A DNA stretch of 64,000 bases, from assembly GCA_964057225.1 (NCBI GenBank), contig OZ059897.1, forward strand, positions 7,874,001 to 7,938,000, written 5' to 3'. Below are positions 11,901-25,800 of this stretch, piece after piece (position 1 is the stretch's first letter; each line of letters opens with the position of its first letter). Source of the stretch: Auanema rhodensis. Lineage: Eukaryota > Animalia > Nematoda. Position numbers and translations under genes: made by a program. The notes under the pieces were generated by a model that searched no databases, had not been told where the DNA came from, and worked only from the letters and a program-made list of their open reading frames with translations.

Positions 11901-14900
11901 CCCAATGACTTGTAGTTCGAACTTGATGTGCCAAGATATAACGAGAGCGTCAGCCCGCGTGGCCTAATGGATAAGGCGTCTGACTTCTAATCAGAAGATT
12001 GTCGGTTCGATCCCGGCCGTGGGCTTCATCTCTTTTTGCTTCAACACCTTTTGAATCTGGATAAAGTACATTTCTGATATTTTCAAAGTATGGACCCAAT
12101 GACTTGTAGTTCGAACTTGATGTGCCAAGATATAACGAGAGCGTCAGCCCGCGTGGCCTAATGGATAAGGCGTCTGACTTCTAATCAGAAGATTGTCGGT
12201 TCGATCCCGGCCGTGGGCTTCATCTCTTTTTGCTTCAACACCTTTTGAATCTGGATAAAGTACATTTCTGATATTTTCAAAGTATGGACCCAATGACTTG
12301 TAGTTCGAACTTGATGTGCCAAGATATAACGAGAGCGTCAGCCCGCGTGGCCTAATGGATAAGGCGTCTGACTTCTAATCAGAAGATTGTCGGTTCGATC
12401 CCGGCCGTGGGCTTCATCTCTTTTTGCTTCAACACCTTCTGAATCTGGATAAAGTACATTTTTGATATTTTCAAAGTGTGGACCCAATGACTTGTAGTTC
12501 GAACTTGATGTGCCAAGATATAACGAGAGCATCAGCCCGCTTGGCCTAATGGATAAGGCGTCTGACTTCTAATCAGAAGATTGTCGGTTCGATCCCGGCC
12601 GTGGGCTTCATCTCTTTTTGCTTCAACACCTTTTGAATGTGGATAAATTACATTTCTGATATTTTCAAAGTGTGGACCCAATGACTTGTAGTTCGAACTT
12701 GATGTGCCAAGATATAACGAGAACGTCAGCCCGCGTGGCCTAATGGATAAGGCGTCTGACTTCTAATCAGAAGATTGTCGGTTCGATCCCGGCCGTGGGC
12801 TTCATCTCTTTTTGCTTCAACACCTTTTGAATCTGGATAAAGTACATTTCTGATATTTTCAAAGTATGGACCCAATGACTTGTAGTTCGAACTTGATGTG
12901 CCAAGATATAACGAGAGCGTCAGCCCGCGTGGCCTAATGGATAAGGCGTCTGACTTCTAATCAGAAGATTGTCGGTTCGATCCCGGCCGTGGGCTTCATC
13001 TCTTTTTGCTTCAACACCTTCTGAGTCTGGATAAAGTACATTTTTGATATTTTCAAAGTGTGGACCCAATGACTTGTAGTTCGAACTTGATGTGCCAAGA
13101 TATAACGAGAGCGTCAGCCCGCGTGGCCTAATGGATAAGGCGTCTGACTTCTAATCAGAAGATTGTCGGTTCGATCCCGGCCGTGGGCTTCATCTCTTTT
13201 TGCTTCAACACCTTTTGAATCTGGATAAAGTACATTTCTGATATTTTCAAAGTGTGGACCCAATGACTTGTAGTTCGAACTTGATGTGCCAAGATATGAA
13301 GAGAGCGTCAGCCCGCGTGGCCTAATGGATAAGGCGTCTGACTTCTAATCAGAAGATTGTCGGTTCGATCCCGGCCGTGGGCTTCATCTCTTTTTGCTTC
13401 AACACCTTTTGAATCTGGATAAAGTACATTTCTGATATTTTCAAAGTGTGGACCCAATGACTTGTAGTTCGAACTTGATGTGCCAAGATATGAAGAGAGC
13501 GTCAGCCCGCGTGGCCTAATGGATAAGGCGTCTGACTTCTAATCAGAAGATTGTCGGTTCGATCCCGGCCGTGGGCTTCATCTCTTTTTGCTTCAACACC
13601 TTTTGAATCTGGATAAAGTACATTTCTGATATTTTCAAAGTGTGGACCCAATGACTTGTAGATCGAACTTGATGTGCCAAGATATAAAGAGAGCGTCAGC
13701 CCGCGTGGCCTAATGGATAAGGCGTCTGACTTCTAATCAGAAGATTGTCGGTTCGATCCCGGCCGTGGGCTTCATCTCTTTTTTCTTCAACACCTTTTGA
13801 ATGTGGATAAAGTACATTTCTGATATTTTCAAAGTGTGGACCCAATGACTTGTAGTTCGAACTTGATGTGCCAAGATATAAAGAGAGCGTCAGCCCGCGT
13901 GGCCTAATGGATAATTCGTCTGACTTCTAATCAGAAGATTGTCGGTTCGATCCCGGCCGTGGGCTTCATCTCTTTTTTCTTCAACACCTTTTGAATGTGG
14001 ATAAAGTACATTTCTGATATTTTCAAAGTATGGACCCAATGACTTGTAGTTCGAAATTGATGTGCCAAGATATAAAGAGAGCGTCAGCCCGCGTGGCCTA
14101 ATGGATAAGGCGTCTGACTTCTAATCAGAAGATTGTCGGTTCGATCCCGGCCGTGGGCTTCATCTCTTTTTTCTTCAACACCTTTTGAATGTGGATAAAG
14201 AACATTTCTGATATTTTCAAAGTATGGACCCAATGACTTGTAGTTCGAAATTGATGTGCCAAGATATAAAGAGAGCGTCAGCCCGCGTGGCCTAATGGAT
14301 AATTCGTCTGACTTCTAATCAGAAGATTGTCGGTTCGATCCCGGCCGTGGGCTTCATCTCTTTTTGCTTCAACACCTTTTGAATCTGGATAAAGTACATT
14401 TCTGATATTTTCAAAGTGTGGACCCAATGACTTGTAGATCGAACTTGATGTGCCAAGATATAAAGAGAGCGTCAGCCCGCGTGGCCTAATGGATAAGGCG
14501 TCTGACTTCTAATCAGAAGATTGTCGGTTCGATCCCGGCCGTGGGCTTCATCTCTTTTTGCTTCAACACCTTTTGAATCTGGATAAAGTACATTTCTGAT
14601 ATTTTCAAAGTATGGACCCAATGACTTGTAGTTCGAACTTGATGTGCCAAGATATAAAGAGAGCGTCAGCCCGCGTGGCCTAATGGATAAGGCGTCTGAC
14701 TTCTAATCAGAAGATTGTCGGTTCCATCCCGGCCGTGGGCTTCATCTCTTTTTTCTTCAACACCTTTTGAATGTGGATAAAGTACATTTCTGATATTTTC
14801 AAAGTGTTGACCCAATGACTTGTAGTTCGAACTTGATGTGCCAAGATATAACGAGAGCGTCAGCCCGCGTGGCCTAATGGATAAGGCGTCTGACTTCTAA

Positions 14901-16802
14901 TCAGAAGATTGTCGGTTCGATCCCGGCCGTGGGCTTCATCTCTTTTTTCTTCAACACCTTTTGAATGTGGATAAAGTACATTTCTGATATTTTCAAAGTG
15001 TGGACCCAATGACTTGTAGTTCGAACTTGATGTGCCAAGATATAAAGAGAGCGTCAGCCCGCGTGGCCTAATGGATAATTCGTCTGACTTCTAATCAGAA
15101 GATTGTCGGTTCGATCCCGGCCGTGGGCTTCATCTCTTTTTGCTTCAACACCTTTTGAATCTGGATAAAGTACATTTCTGATATTTTCAAAGTGTGGACC
15201 CAATGACTTGTAGATCGAACTTGATGTGCCAAGATATAAAGAGAGCGTCAGCCCGCGTGGCCTAATGGATAAGGCGTCTGACTTCTAATCAGAAGATTGT
15301 CGGTTCGATCCCGGCCGTGGGCTTCATCTCTTTTTGCTTCAACACCTTTTGAATCTGGATAAAGTACATTTCTGATATTTTCAAAGTATGGACCCAATGA
15401 CTTGTAGTTCGAACTTGATGTGCCAAGATATAAAGAGAGCGTCAGCCCGCGTGGCCTAATGGATAAGGCGTCTGACTTCTAATCAGAAGATTGTCGGTTC
15501 GATCCCGGCCGTGGGCTTCATCTCTTTTTTCTTCAACACCTTTTGAATGTGGATAAAGTACATTTCTGATATTTTCAAAGTGTTGACCCAATGACTTGTA
15601 GTTCGAACTTGATGTGCCAAGATATAACGAGAGCGTCAGCCCGCGTGGCCTAATGGATAAGGCGTCTGACTTCTAATCAGAAGATTGTCGGTTCGATCCC
15701 GGCCGTGGGCTTCATCTCTTTTTTCTTCAACACCTTTTGAATGTGGATAAAGTACATTTCTGATATTTTCAAAGTGTGGACCCAATGACTTGTAGTTCGA
15801 ACTTGATGTGCCAAGATATAAAGAGAGCGTCAGCCCGCGTGGCCTAATGGATAAGGCGTCTGACTTCTAATCAGAAGATTGTCGGTTCGATCCCGGCCGT
15901 GGGCTTCATCTCTTTTTGCTTCAACACCTTCTGAATCTGGATAAAGTACATTTCTGATATTTTCAAAGTATGAACCCAATGACTTGTAGTTCGAACTTGA
16001 TGTGCCAAGATATAACGAGAGCGTCAGCCCGCGTGGCCTATTGGATAAGGCGTCTGACTTCTAATCAGAAGATTGTCGGTTCGATCTCGGCCGTGGGCTT
16101 CATCTCTTTTTGCTTCAACACCATCTGAATCTGGATAAAGTACATTTTTGATATTTTCAAAGTCGGGACCCAATGACTTGTAGTTCGAACTTGATGTGCC
16201 AAGATATAACGAGAGCGTCAGCCCGCGTGGCCTAATGGATAAGGCGTCTGACTTCTAATCAGAAGATTGTCGGTTCGATCCCGGCCGTGGGCTTCATCTC
16301 TTTTTGCTTCAACACCTTTTGAATCTGGATAAAGTACATTTCTGATATTTTCAAAGTATGGACCCAATGACTTGTAGTTCGAAATTGATGTGCCAAGATA
16401 TAACGAGAGCGTCAGCCCGCGTGCCCTAATGGATAAGGTGTCTGACTTCTAATCAGAAGATTGTCGGTTCGATCCCGGCCGTGGGCTTCATCTCTTTTTG
16501 CTTCAACACCTTTTGAATCTGGATAAAGTACATTTTTGATATTTTCAAAGTATGGACCCAATGACTTGTAGTTCGAAATTGATGTGCCAAGATATAACGA
16601 GAGCGTCAGCCCGCGTGGCCTAATGGATAAGGCGTCTGACTTCTAATCAGAAGATTGTCGGTTCGATCCCGGCCGTGGGCTTCATCTCTTTTTTCTTCAA
16701 CACCTTTTGAATCTGGATAAAGTACATTTTTGATATTTTCAAAGTCGGGACCCAATGACTTGTAGTTCGAACTTGATGTGCCAAGATATAACGAGAGCGT
16801 CA

Positions 16803-16875
16803 GCCCGTGTGACCTAATGGATAAGGCGTCTGACTTCTAATCAGAAGATTGTCGGTTCGATCCCGGCCGTGGGCT
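16803..16875 (+). pseudogene. Variant tRNA-Arg copy GCCCGTGTGACC (C6T + G10A), first of many
   Basis: G10A breaks the G10-C25 D-stem pair and the A box, and C6T adds a second adjacent G-U in the acceptor stem. The variant recurs from 16.8 kb to about 60 kb. Confidence 0.55.
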
Positions 16876-19800
16876 TCATCTCTTTTTGCTTCAACACCTT
16901 TTGAATCTGGATAAAGTACTTTTCTGATATTTTCAAATTGTGGACCCAATGACTTGTAGTTCGAACTTGATGTGCCAAGATATTAGGAGAGCGTCAGCCC
17001 GCGTGGCCTAATGGATAAGGCGTCTGACTTCTAATCAGAAGATTGTCGGTTCGATCCCGGCCGTGGGCTTCATCTCTTTTTGCTTCAACACCTTTTGAAT
17101 CTGGATAAAGTACATTTCTGATATTTTCAAATTGTGGACCCAATGACTTGTAGTTCGAACTTGATGTGCCAAGATATTAGGAGAGCGTCAGCCCGCGTGG
17201 CCTAATGGATAAGGCGTCTGACTTCTAATCAGAAGATTGTCGGTTCGATCCCGGCCGTGGGCTTCATCTCTTTTTGCTTCAACACCTTTTGAATCTGGAT
17301 AAAGTACATTTTTGATATTTTCAAAGTATGGACCCAATGACTTGTAGTTCGAAATTGATGTGCCAAGATATAACGAGAGCGTCAGCCCGCGTGGCCTAAT
17401 GGATAAGGCGTCTGACTTCTAATCAGAAGATTGTCGGTTCGATCCCGGCCGTGGGCTTCATCTCTTTTTTCTTCAACACCTTTTGAATCTGGATAAAGTA
17501 CATTTTTGATATTTTCAAAGTCGGGACCCAATGACTTGTAGTTCGAACTTGATGTGCCAAGATATAACGAGAGCGTCAGCCCGTGTGACCTAATGGATAA
17601 GGCGTCTGACTTCTAATCAGAAGATTGTCGGTTCGATCCCGGCCGTGGGCTTCATCTCTTTTTGCTTCAACACCTTTTGAATCTGGATAAAGTACTTTTC
17701 TGATATTTTCAAATTGTGGACCCAATGACTTGTAGTTCGAACTTGATGTGCCAAGATATTAGGAGAGCGTCAGCCCGCGTGGCCTAATGGATAAGGCGTC
17801 TGACTTCTAATCAGAAGATTGTCGGTTCGATCCCGGCCGTGGGCTTCATCTCTTTTTGCTTCAACACCTTTTGAATCTGGATAAAGTACATTTCTGATAT
17901 TTTCAAATTGTGGACCCAATGACTTGTAGTTCGAACTTGATGTGCCAAGATATTAGGAGAGCGTCAGCCCGCGTGGCCTAATGGATAAGGCGTCTGACTT
18001 CTAATCAGAAGATTGTCGGTTCGATCCCGGCCGTGGGCTTCATCTCTTTTTGCTTCAACACCTTTTGAATCTGGATAAAGTACATTTTTGATATTTTCAA
18101 AGTATGGACCCAATGACTTGTAGTTCGAAATTGATGTGCCAAGATATAACGAGAGCGTCAGCCCGCGTGGCCTAATGGATAAGGCGTCTGACTTCTAATC
18201 AGAAGATTGTCGGTTCGATCCCGGCCGTGGGCTTCATCTCTTTTTTCTTCAACACCTTTTGAATCTGGATAAAGTACATTTTTGATATTTTCAAAGTCGG
18301 GACCCAATGACTTGTAGTTCGAACTTGATGTGCCAAGATATAACGAGAGCGTCAGCCCGTGTGACCTAATGGATAAGGCGTCTGACTTCTAATCAGAAGA
18401 TTGTCGGTTCGATCCCGGCCGTGGGCTTCATCTCTTTTTGCTTCAACACCTTTTGAATCTGGATAAAGTACTTTTCTGATATTTTCAAATTGTGGACCCA
18501 ATGACTTGTAGTTCGAACTTGATGTGCCAAGATATTAGGAGAGCGTCAGCCCGCGTGGCCTAATGGATAAGGCGTCTGACTTCTAATCAGAAGATTGTCG
18601 GTTCGATCCCGGCCGTGGGCTTCATCTCTTTTTGCTTCAACACCTTTTGAATCTGGATAAAGTACTTTTCTGATATTTTCAAAGTCGGGACCCAATGACT
18701 TGTAGTTCGAACTTGATGTGCCAAGATATAACGAGAGCGTCAGCCCGTGTGACCTAATGGATAAGGCGTCTGACTTCTAATCAGAAGATTGTCGGTTCGA
18801 TCCCGGCCGTGGGCTTCATCTCTTTTTGCTTCAACACCTTTTGAATCTGGATAAAGTACTTTTCTGATATTTTCAAATTGTGGACCCAATGACTTGTAGT
18901 TCGAACTTGATGTGCCAAGATATTAGGAGAGCGTCAGCCCGCGTGGCCTAATGGATAAGGCGTCTGACTTCTAATCAGAAGATTGTCGGTTCGATCCCGG
19001 CCGTGGGCTTCATCTCTTTTTGCTTCAACACCTTTTGAATCTGGATAAAGTACATTTTTGATATTTTCAAACTCGGGACCCAATGACTTGTAGTTCGAAC
19101 TTGATGTGCCAAGATATAAAGAGAGCGTCAGCCCGCGTGGCCTAATGGATAAGGCGTCTGACTTCTAATCAGAAGATTGTCGGTTCGATCCCGGCCGTGG
19201 GCTTCATCTCTTTTTGCTTCAACACCTTTTGAATCTGGATAAAGTACTTTTCTGATATTTTCAAAGTCGGGACCCAATGACTTGTAGTTCGAACTTGATG
19301 TGCCAAGATATAACGAGAGCGTCAGCCCGTGTGACCTAATGGATAAGGCGTCTGACTTCTAATCAGAAGATTGTCGGTTCGATCCCGGCCGTGGGCTTCA
19401 TCTCTTTTTGCTTCAACACCTTTTGAATCTGGATAAAGTACTTTTCTGATATTTTCAAATTGTGGACCCAATGACTTGTAGTTCGAACTTGATGTGCCAA
19501 GATATTAGGAGAGCGTCAGCCCGCGTGGCCTAATGGATAAGGCGTCTGACTTCTAATCAGAAGATTGTCGGTTCGATCCCGGCCGTGGGCTTCATCTCTT
19601 TTTGCTTCAACACCTTTTGAATCTGGATAAAGTACATTTCTGATATTTTCAAATTGTGGACCCAATGACTTGTAGTTCGAACTTGATGTGCCAAGATATT
19701 AGGAGAGCGTCAGCCCGCGTGGCCTAATGGATAAGGCGTCTGACTTCTAATCAGAAGATTGTCGGTTCGATCCCGGCCGTGGGCTTCATCTCTTTTTGCT

Positions 19801-22800
19801 TCAACACCTTTTGAATCTGGATAAAGTACATTTTTGATATTTTCAAACTCGGGACCCAATGACTTGTAGTTCGAACTTGATGTGCCAAGATATAAAGAGA
19901 GCGTCAGCCCGCGTGGCCTAATGGATAAGGCGTCTGACTTCTAATCAGAAGATTGTCGGTTCGATCCCGGCCGTGGGCTTCATCTCTTTTTGCTTCAACA
20001 CCTTTTGAATCTGGATAAAGTACATTTCTGATATTTTCAAAGTGTGGACCCAATGACTTGTAGTTCGAACTTGATGTGCCAAGATATTAGGAGAGCGTCA
20101 GCCCGCGTGGCCTAATGGATAAGGCGTCTGACTTCTAATCAGAAGATTGTCGGTTCGATCCCGGCCGTGGGCTTCATCTCTTTTTGCTTCAACACCTTTT
20201 GAATCTGGATAAAGTACATTTTTGATATTTTCAAACTCGGGACCCAATGACTTGTAGTTCGAACTTGATGTGCCAAGATATAAAGAGAGCGTCAGCCCGT
20301 GTGACCTAATGGATAAGGCGTCTGACTTCTAATCAGAAGATTGTCGGTTCGATCCCGGCCGTGGGCTTCATCTCTTTTTGCTTCAACACCTTTTGAATCT
20401 GGATAAAGTACATTTCTGATATTTTCAAAGTGTGGACCCAATGACTTGTAGTTCGAACTTGATGTGCCAAGATATAACGAGAGCGTCAGCCCGCGTGGCC
20501 TAATGGATAAGGCGTCTGACTTCTAATCAGAAGATTGTCGGTTCGATCCCGGCCGTGGGCTTCATCTCTTTTTGCTTCAACACCTTTTGAATCTGGATAA
20601 AGTACATTTTTGATATTTTCAAACTCGGGACCCAATGACTTGTAGTTCGAACTTGATGTGCCAAGATATAACGAGAGCGTCAGCCCGTGTGACCTAATGG
20701 ATAAGGCGTCTGACTTCTAATCAGAAGATTGTCGGTTCGATCCCGGCCGTGGGCTTCATCTCTTTTTGCTTCAACACCTTTTGAATCTGGATAAAGTACA
20801 TTTCTGATATTTTCAAACTCGGGACCCAATGACTTGTAGTTCGAACTTGATGTGCCAAGATATAAAGAGAGCGTCAGCCCGCGTGGCCTAATGGATAAGG
20901 CGTCTGACTTCTAATCAGAAGATTGTCGGTTCGATCCCGGCCGTGGGCTTCATCTCTGTTTGCTTCAACACCTTTTGAATCTGGATAAAGTACTTTTCTG
21001 ATATTTTCAAAGTCGGGACCCAATGACTTGTAGTTCGAACTTGATGTGCCAAGATATAACGAGAGCGTCAGCCCGTGTGACCTAATGGATAAGGCGTCTG
21101 ACTTCTAATCAGAAGATTGTCGGTTCGATCCCGGCCGTGGGCTTCATCTCTTTTTGCTTCAACACCTTTTGAATCTGGATAAAGTACTTTTCTGATATTT
21201 TCAAATTGTGGACCCAATGACTTGTAGTTCGAACTTGATGTGCCAAGATATTAGGAGAGCGTCAGCCCGCGTGGCCTAATGGATAAGGCGTCTGACTTCT
21301 AATCAGAAGATTGTCGGTTCGATCCCGGCCGTGGGCTTCATCTCTTTTTGCTTCAACACCTTTTGAATCTGGATAAAGTACATTTCTGATATTTTCAAAT
21401 TGTGGACCCAATGACTTGTAGTTCGAACTTGATGTGCCAAGATATTAGGAGAGCGTCAGCCCGCGTGGCCTAATGGATAAGGCGTCTGACTTCTAATCAG
21501 AAGATTGTCGGTTCGATCCCGGCCGTGGGCTTCATCTCTTTTTGCTTCAACACCTTTTGAATCTGGATAAAGTACATTTTTGATATTTTCAAACTCGGGA
21601 CCCAATGACTTGTAGTTCGAACTTGATGTGCCAAGATATAAAGAGAGCGTCAGCCCGCGTGGCCTAATGGATAAGGCGTCTGACTTCTAATCAGAAGATT
21701 GTCGGTTCGATCCCGGCCGTGGGCTTCATCTCTTTTTGCTTCAACACCTTTTGAATCTGAATAAAGTACATTTCTGATATTTTCAAATTGTGGACCCAAT
21801 GACTTGTAGTTCGAACTTGATGTGCCAAGATATTAGGAGAGCGTCAGCCCGCGTGGCCTAATGGATAAGGCGTCTGACTTCTAATCAGAAGATTGTCGGT
21901 TCGATCCCGGCCGTGGGCTTCATCTCTTTTTGCTTCAACACCTTTTGAATCTGGATAAAGTACTTTTCTAATATTTTCAAATTGTGGACCCAATGACTTG
22001 TAGTTCGAACTTGATGTGCCAAGATATTAGGAGAGCGTCAGCCCGCGTGGCCTAATGGATAAGGCGTCTGACTTCTAATCAGAAGATTGTCGGTTCGATC
22101 CCGGCCGTGGGCTTCATCTCTTTTTGCTTCAACACCTTTTGAATCTGGATAAAGTACATTTCTGATATTTTCAAATTGTGGACCCAATGACTTGTAGTTC
22201 GAACTTGATGTGCCAAGATATAACGAGAGCGTCAGCCCGCGTGGCCTAATGGATAAGGCGTCTGACTTCTAATCAGAAGATTGTCGGTTCGATCCCGGCC
22301 GTGGGCTTCATCTCTTTTTGCTTCAACACCTTTTGAATCTGGATAAAGTACATTTCTGATATTTTCAAATTGTGGACCCAATGACTTGTAGTTCGAACTT
22401 GATGTGCCAAGATATAACGAGAGCGTCAGCCCGCGTGGCCTAATGGATAAGGCGTCTGACTTCTAATCAGAAGATTGTCGGTTCGATCCCGGCCGTGGGC
22501 TTCATCTCTTTTTGCTTCAACACCTTTTGAATCTGGATAAAGTACATTTCTGATATTTTCAAATTGTGGACCCAATGACTTGTAGTTCGAACTTGATGTG
22601 CCAAGATATTAGGAGAGCGTCAGCCCGCGTGGCCTAATGGATAAGGCGTCTGACTTCTAATCAGAAGATTGTCGGTTCGATCCCGGCCGTGGGCTTCATC
22701 TCTTTTTGCTTCAACACCTTTTGAATCTGGATAAAGTACATTTCTGATATTTTCAAAGTGTGGACCCAATGACTTGTAGTTCGAACTTGATGTGCCAAGA

Positions 22801-25800
22801 TATAACGAGAGCGTCAGCCCGCGTGGCCTAATGGATAAGGCGTCTGACTTCTAATCAGAAGATTGTCGGTTCGATCCCGGCCGTGGGCTTCATCTCTTTT
22901 TGCTTCAACACCTTTTGAATCTGGATAAAGTACATTTCTGATATTTTCAAAGTATGGACCCAATGACTTGTAGTTCGAAATTGATGTGCCAAGATATAAC
23001 GAGAGCGTCAGCCCGCGTGCCCTAATGGATAAGGCGTCTGACTTCTAATCAGAAGATTGTCGGTTCGATCCCGGCCGTGGGCTTCATCTCTTTTTGCTTC
23101 AACACCTTTTGAATCTGGATAAAGTACTTTTCTGATATTTTCAAATTGTGGACCCAATGACTTGTAGTTCGAACTTGATGTGCCAAGATATTAGAAGAGC
23201 GTCAGCCCGCGTGGCCTAATGGATAAGGCGTCTGACTTCTAATCAGAAGATTGTCGGTTCGATCCCGGCCGTGGGCTTCATCTCTTTTTGCTTCAACACC
23301 TTTTGAATCTGGATAAAGTACATTTTTGATATTTTCAAACTCGGGACCCAATGACTTGTAGTTCGAACTTGATGTGCCAAGATATAAAGAGAGCGTCAGC
23401 CCGCGTGGCCTAATGGATAAGGCGTCTGACTTCTAATCAGAAGATTGTCGGTTCGATCCCGGCCGTGGGCTTCATCTCTTTTTGCTTCAACACCTTTTGA
23501 ATCTGGATAAAGTACATTTTTGATATTTTCAAAGTCGGGACCCAATGACTTGTAGTTCGAACTTGATGTGCCAAGATATAACGAGAGCGTCAGCCCGCGT
23601 GGCCTAATGGATAAGGCGTCTGACTTCTAATCAGAAGATTGTCGGTTCGATCCCGGCCGTGGGCTTCATCTCTTTTTTCTTCAACACCTTTTGAATCTGG
23701 ATAAAGTACATTTTTGATATTTTCAAAGTCGGGACCCAATGACTTGTAGTTCGAACTTGATGTGCCAAGATATAACGAGAGCGTCAGCCCGCGTGGCCTA
23801 ATGGATAAGGCGTCTGACTTCTAATCAGAAGATTGTCGGTTCGATCCCGGCCGTGGGCTTCATCTCTTTTTGCTTCAACACCTTTTGAATCTGGATAAAG
23901 TACTTTTCTGATATTTTCAAATTGTGGACCCAATGACTTGTAGTTCGAACTTGATGTGCCAAGATATTAGGAGAGCGTCAGCCCGCGTGGCCTAATGGAT
24001 AAGGCGTCTGACTTCTAATCAGAAGATTGTCGGTTCGATCCCGGCCGTGGGCTTCATCTCTTTTTGCTTCAACACCTTTTGAATCTGGATAAAGTACTTT
24101 TCTGATATTTTCAAAGTCGGGACCCAATGACTTGTAGTTCGAACTTGATGTGCCAAGATATAACGAGAGCGTCAGCCCGTGTGACCTAATGGATAAGGCG
24201 TCTGACTTCTAATCAGAAGATTGTCGGTTCGATCCCGGCCGTGGGCTTCATCTCTTTTTGCTTCAACACCTTTTGAATCTGGATAAAGTACTTTTCTGAT
24301 ATTTTCAAACTCGGGACCCAATGACTTGTAGTTCGAACTTGATGTGCCAAGATATTAGGAGAGCGTCAGCCCGCGTGGCCTAATGGATAAGGCGTCTGAC
24401 TTCTAATCAGAAGATTGTCGGTTCGATCCCGGCCGTGGGCTTCATCTCTTTTTGCTTCAACACCTTTTGAATCTGGATAAAGTACATTTCTGATATTTTC
24501 AAATTGTGGACCCAATGACTTGTAGTTCGAACTTGATGTGCCAAGATATTAGGAGAGCGTCAGCCCGCGTGGCCTAATGGATAAGGCGTCTGACTTCTAA
24601 TCAGAAGATTGTCGGTTCGATCCCGGCCGTGGGCTTCATCTCTTTTTGCTTCAACACCTTTTGAATCTGGATAAAGTACATTTTTGATATTTTCAAACTC
24701 GGGACCCAATGACTTGTAGTTCGAACTTGATGTGCCAAGATATAAAGAGAGCGTCAGCCCGCGTGGCCTAATGGATAAGGCGTCTGACTTCTAATCAGAA
24801 GATTGTCGGTTCGATCCCGGCCGTGGGCTTCATCTCTTTTTGCTTCAACACCTTTTGAATCTGGATAAAGTACATTTTTGATATTTTCAAATTGTGGACC
24901 CAATGACTTGTAGTTCGAACTTGATGTGCCAAGATATAACGAGAGCGTCAGCCCGCGTGGCCTAATGGATAAGGCGTCTGACTTCTAATCAGAAGATTGT
25001 CGGTTCGATCCCGGCCGTGGGCTTCATCTCTTTTTGCTTCAACACCTTTTGAATCTGGATAAAGTACATTTTTGATATTTTCAAAGTGTGGACCCAATGA
25101 CTTGTAGTTCGAACTTGATGTGCCAAGATATAAAGAGAGCGTCAGCCCGCGTGGCCTAATGGATAAGGCGTCTGACTTCTAATCAGAAGATTGTCGGTTC
25201 GATCCCGGCCGTGGGCTTCATCTCTTTTTGCTTCAACACCTTTTGAATCTGGATAAAGTACATTTCTGATATTTTCAAATTGTGGACCCAATGACTTGTA
25301 GTTCGAACTTGATATGCCAAGATATTAGGAGAGCGTCAGCCCGCGTGGCCTAATGGATAAGGCGTCTGACTTCTAATCAGAAGATTGTCGGTTCGATCCC
25401 GGCCGTGGGCTTCATCTCTTTTTGCTTCAACACCTTTTGAATCTGGATAAAGTACATTTTTGATATTTTCAAACTCGGGACCCAATGACTTGTAGTTCGA
25501 ACTTGATGTGCCAAGATATAAAGAGAGCGTCAGCCCGCGTGGCCTAATGGATAAGGCGTCTGACTTCTAATCAGAAGATTGTCGGTTCGATCCCGGCCGT
25601 GGGCTTCATCTCTTTTTGCTTCAACACCTTTTGAATCTGGATAAAGTACATTTCTGATATTTTCAAAGTCGGGACCCAATGACTTGTAGTTCGAACTTGA
25701 TGTGCCAAGATATTAGGAGAGCGTCAGCCCGCGTGGCCTAATGGATAAGGCGTCTGACTTCTAATCAGAAGATTGTCGGTTCGATCCCGGCCGTGGGCTT

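Noticed and set aside
12338-12532. 64-aa minus-strand ORF in the array
   Set aside because: It is antisense to the tRNA unit and its ATG arises from a single-copy SNP; not a gene.
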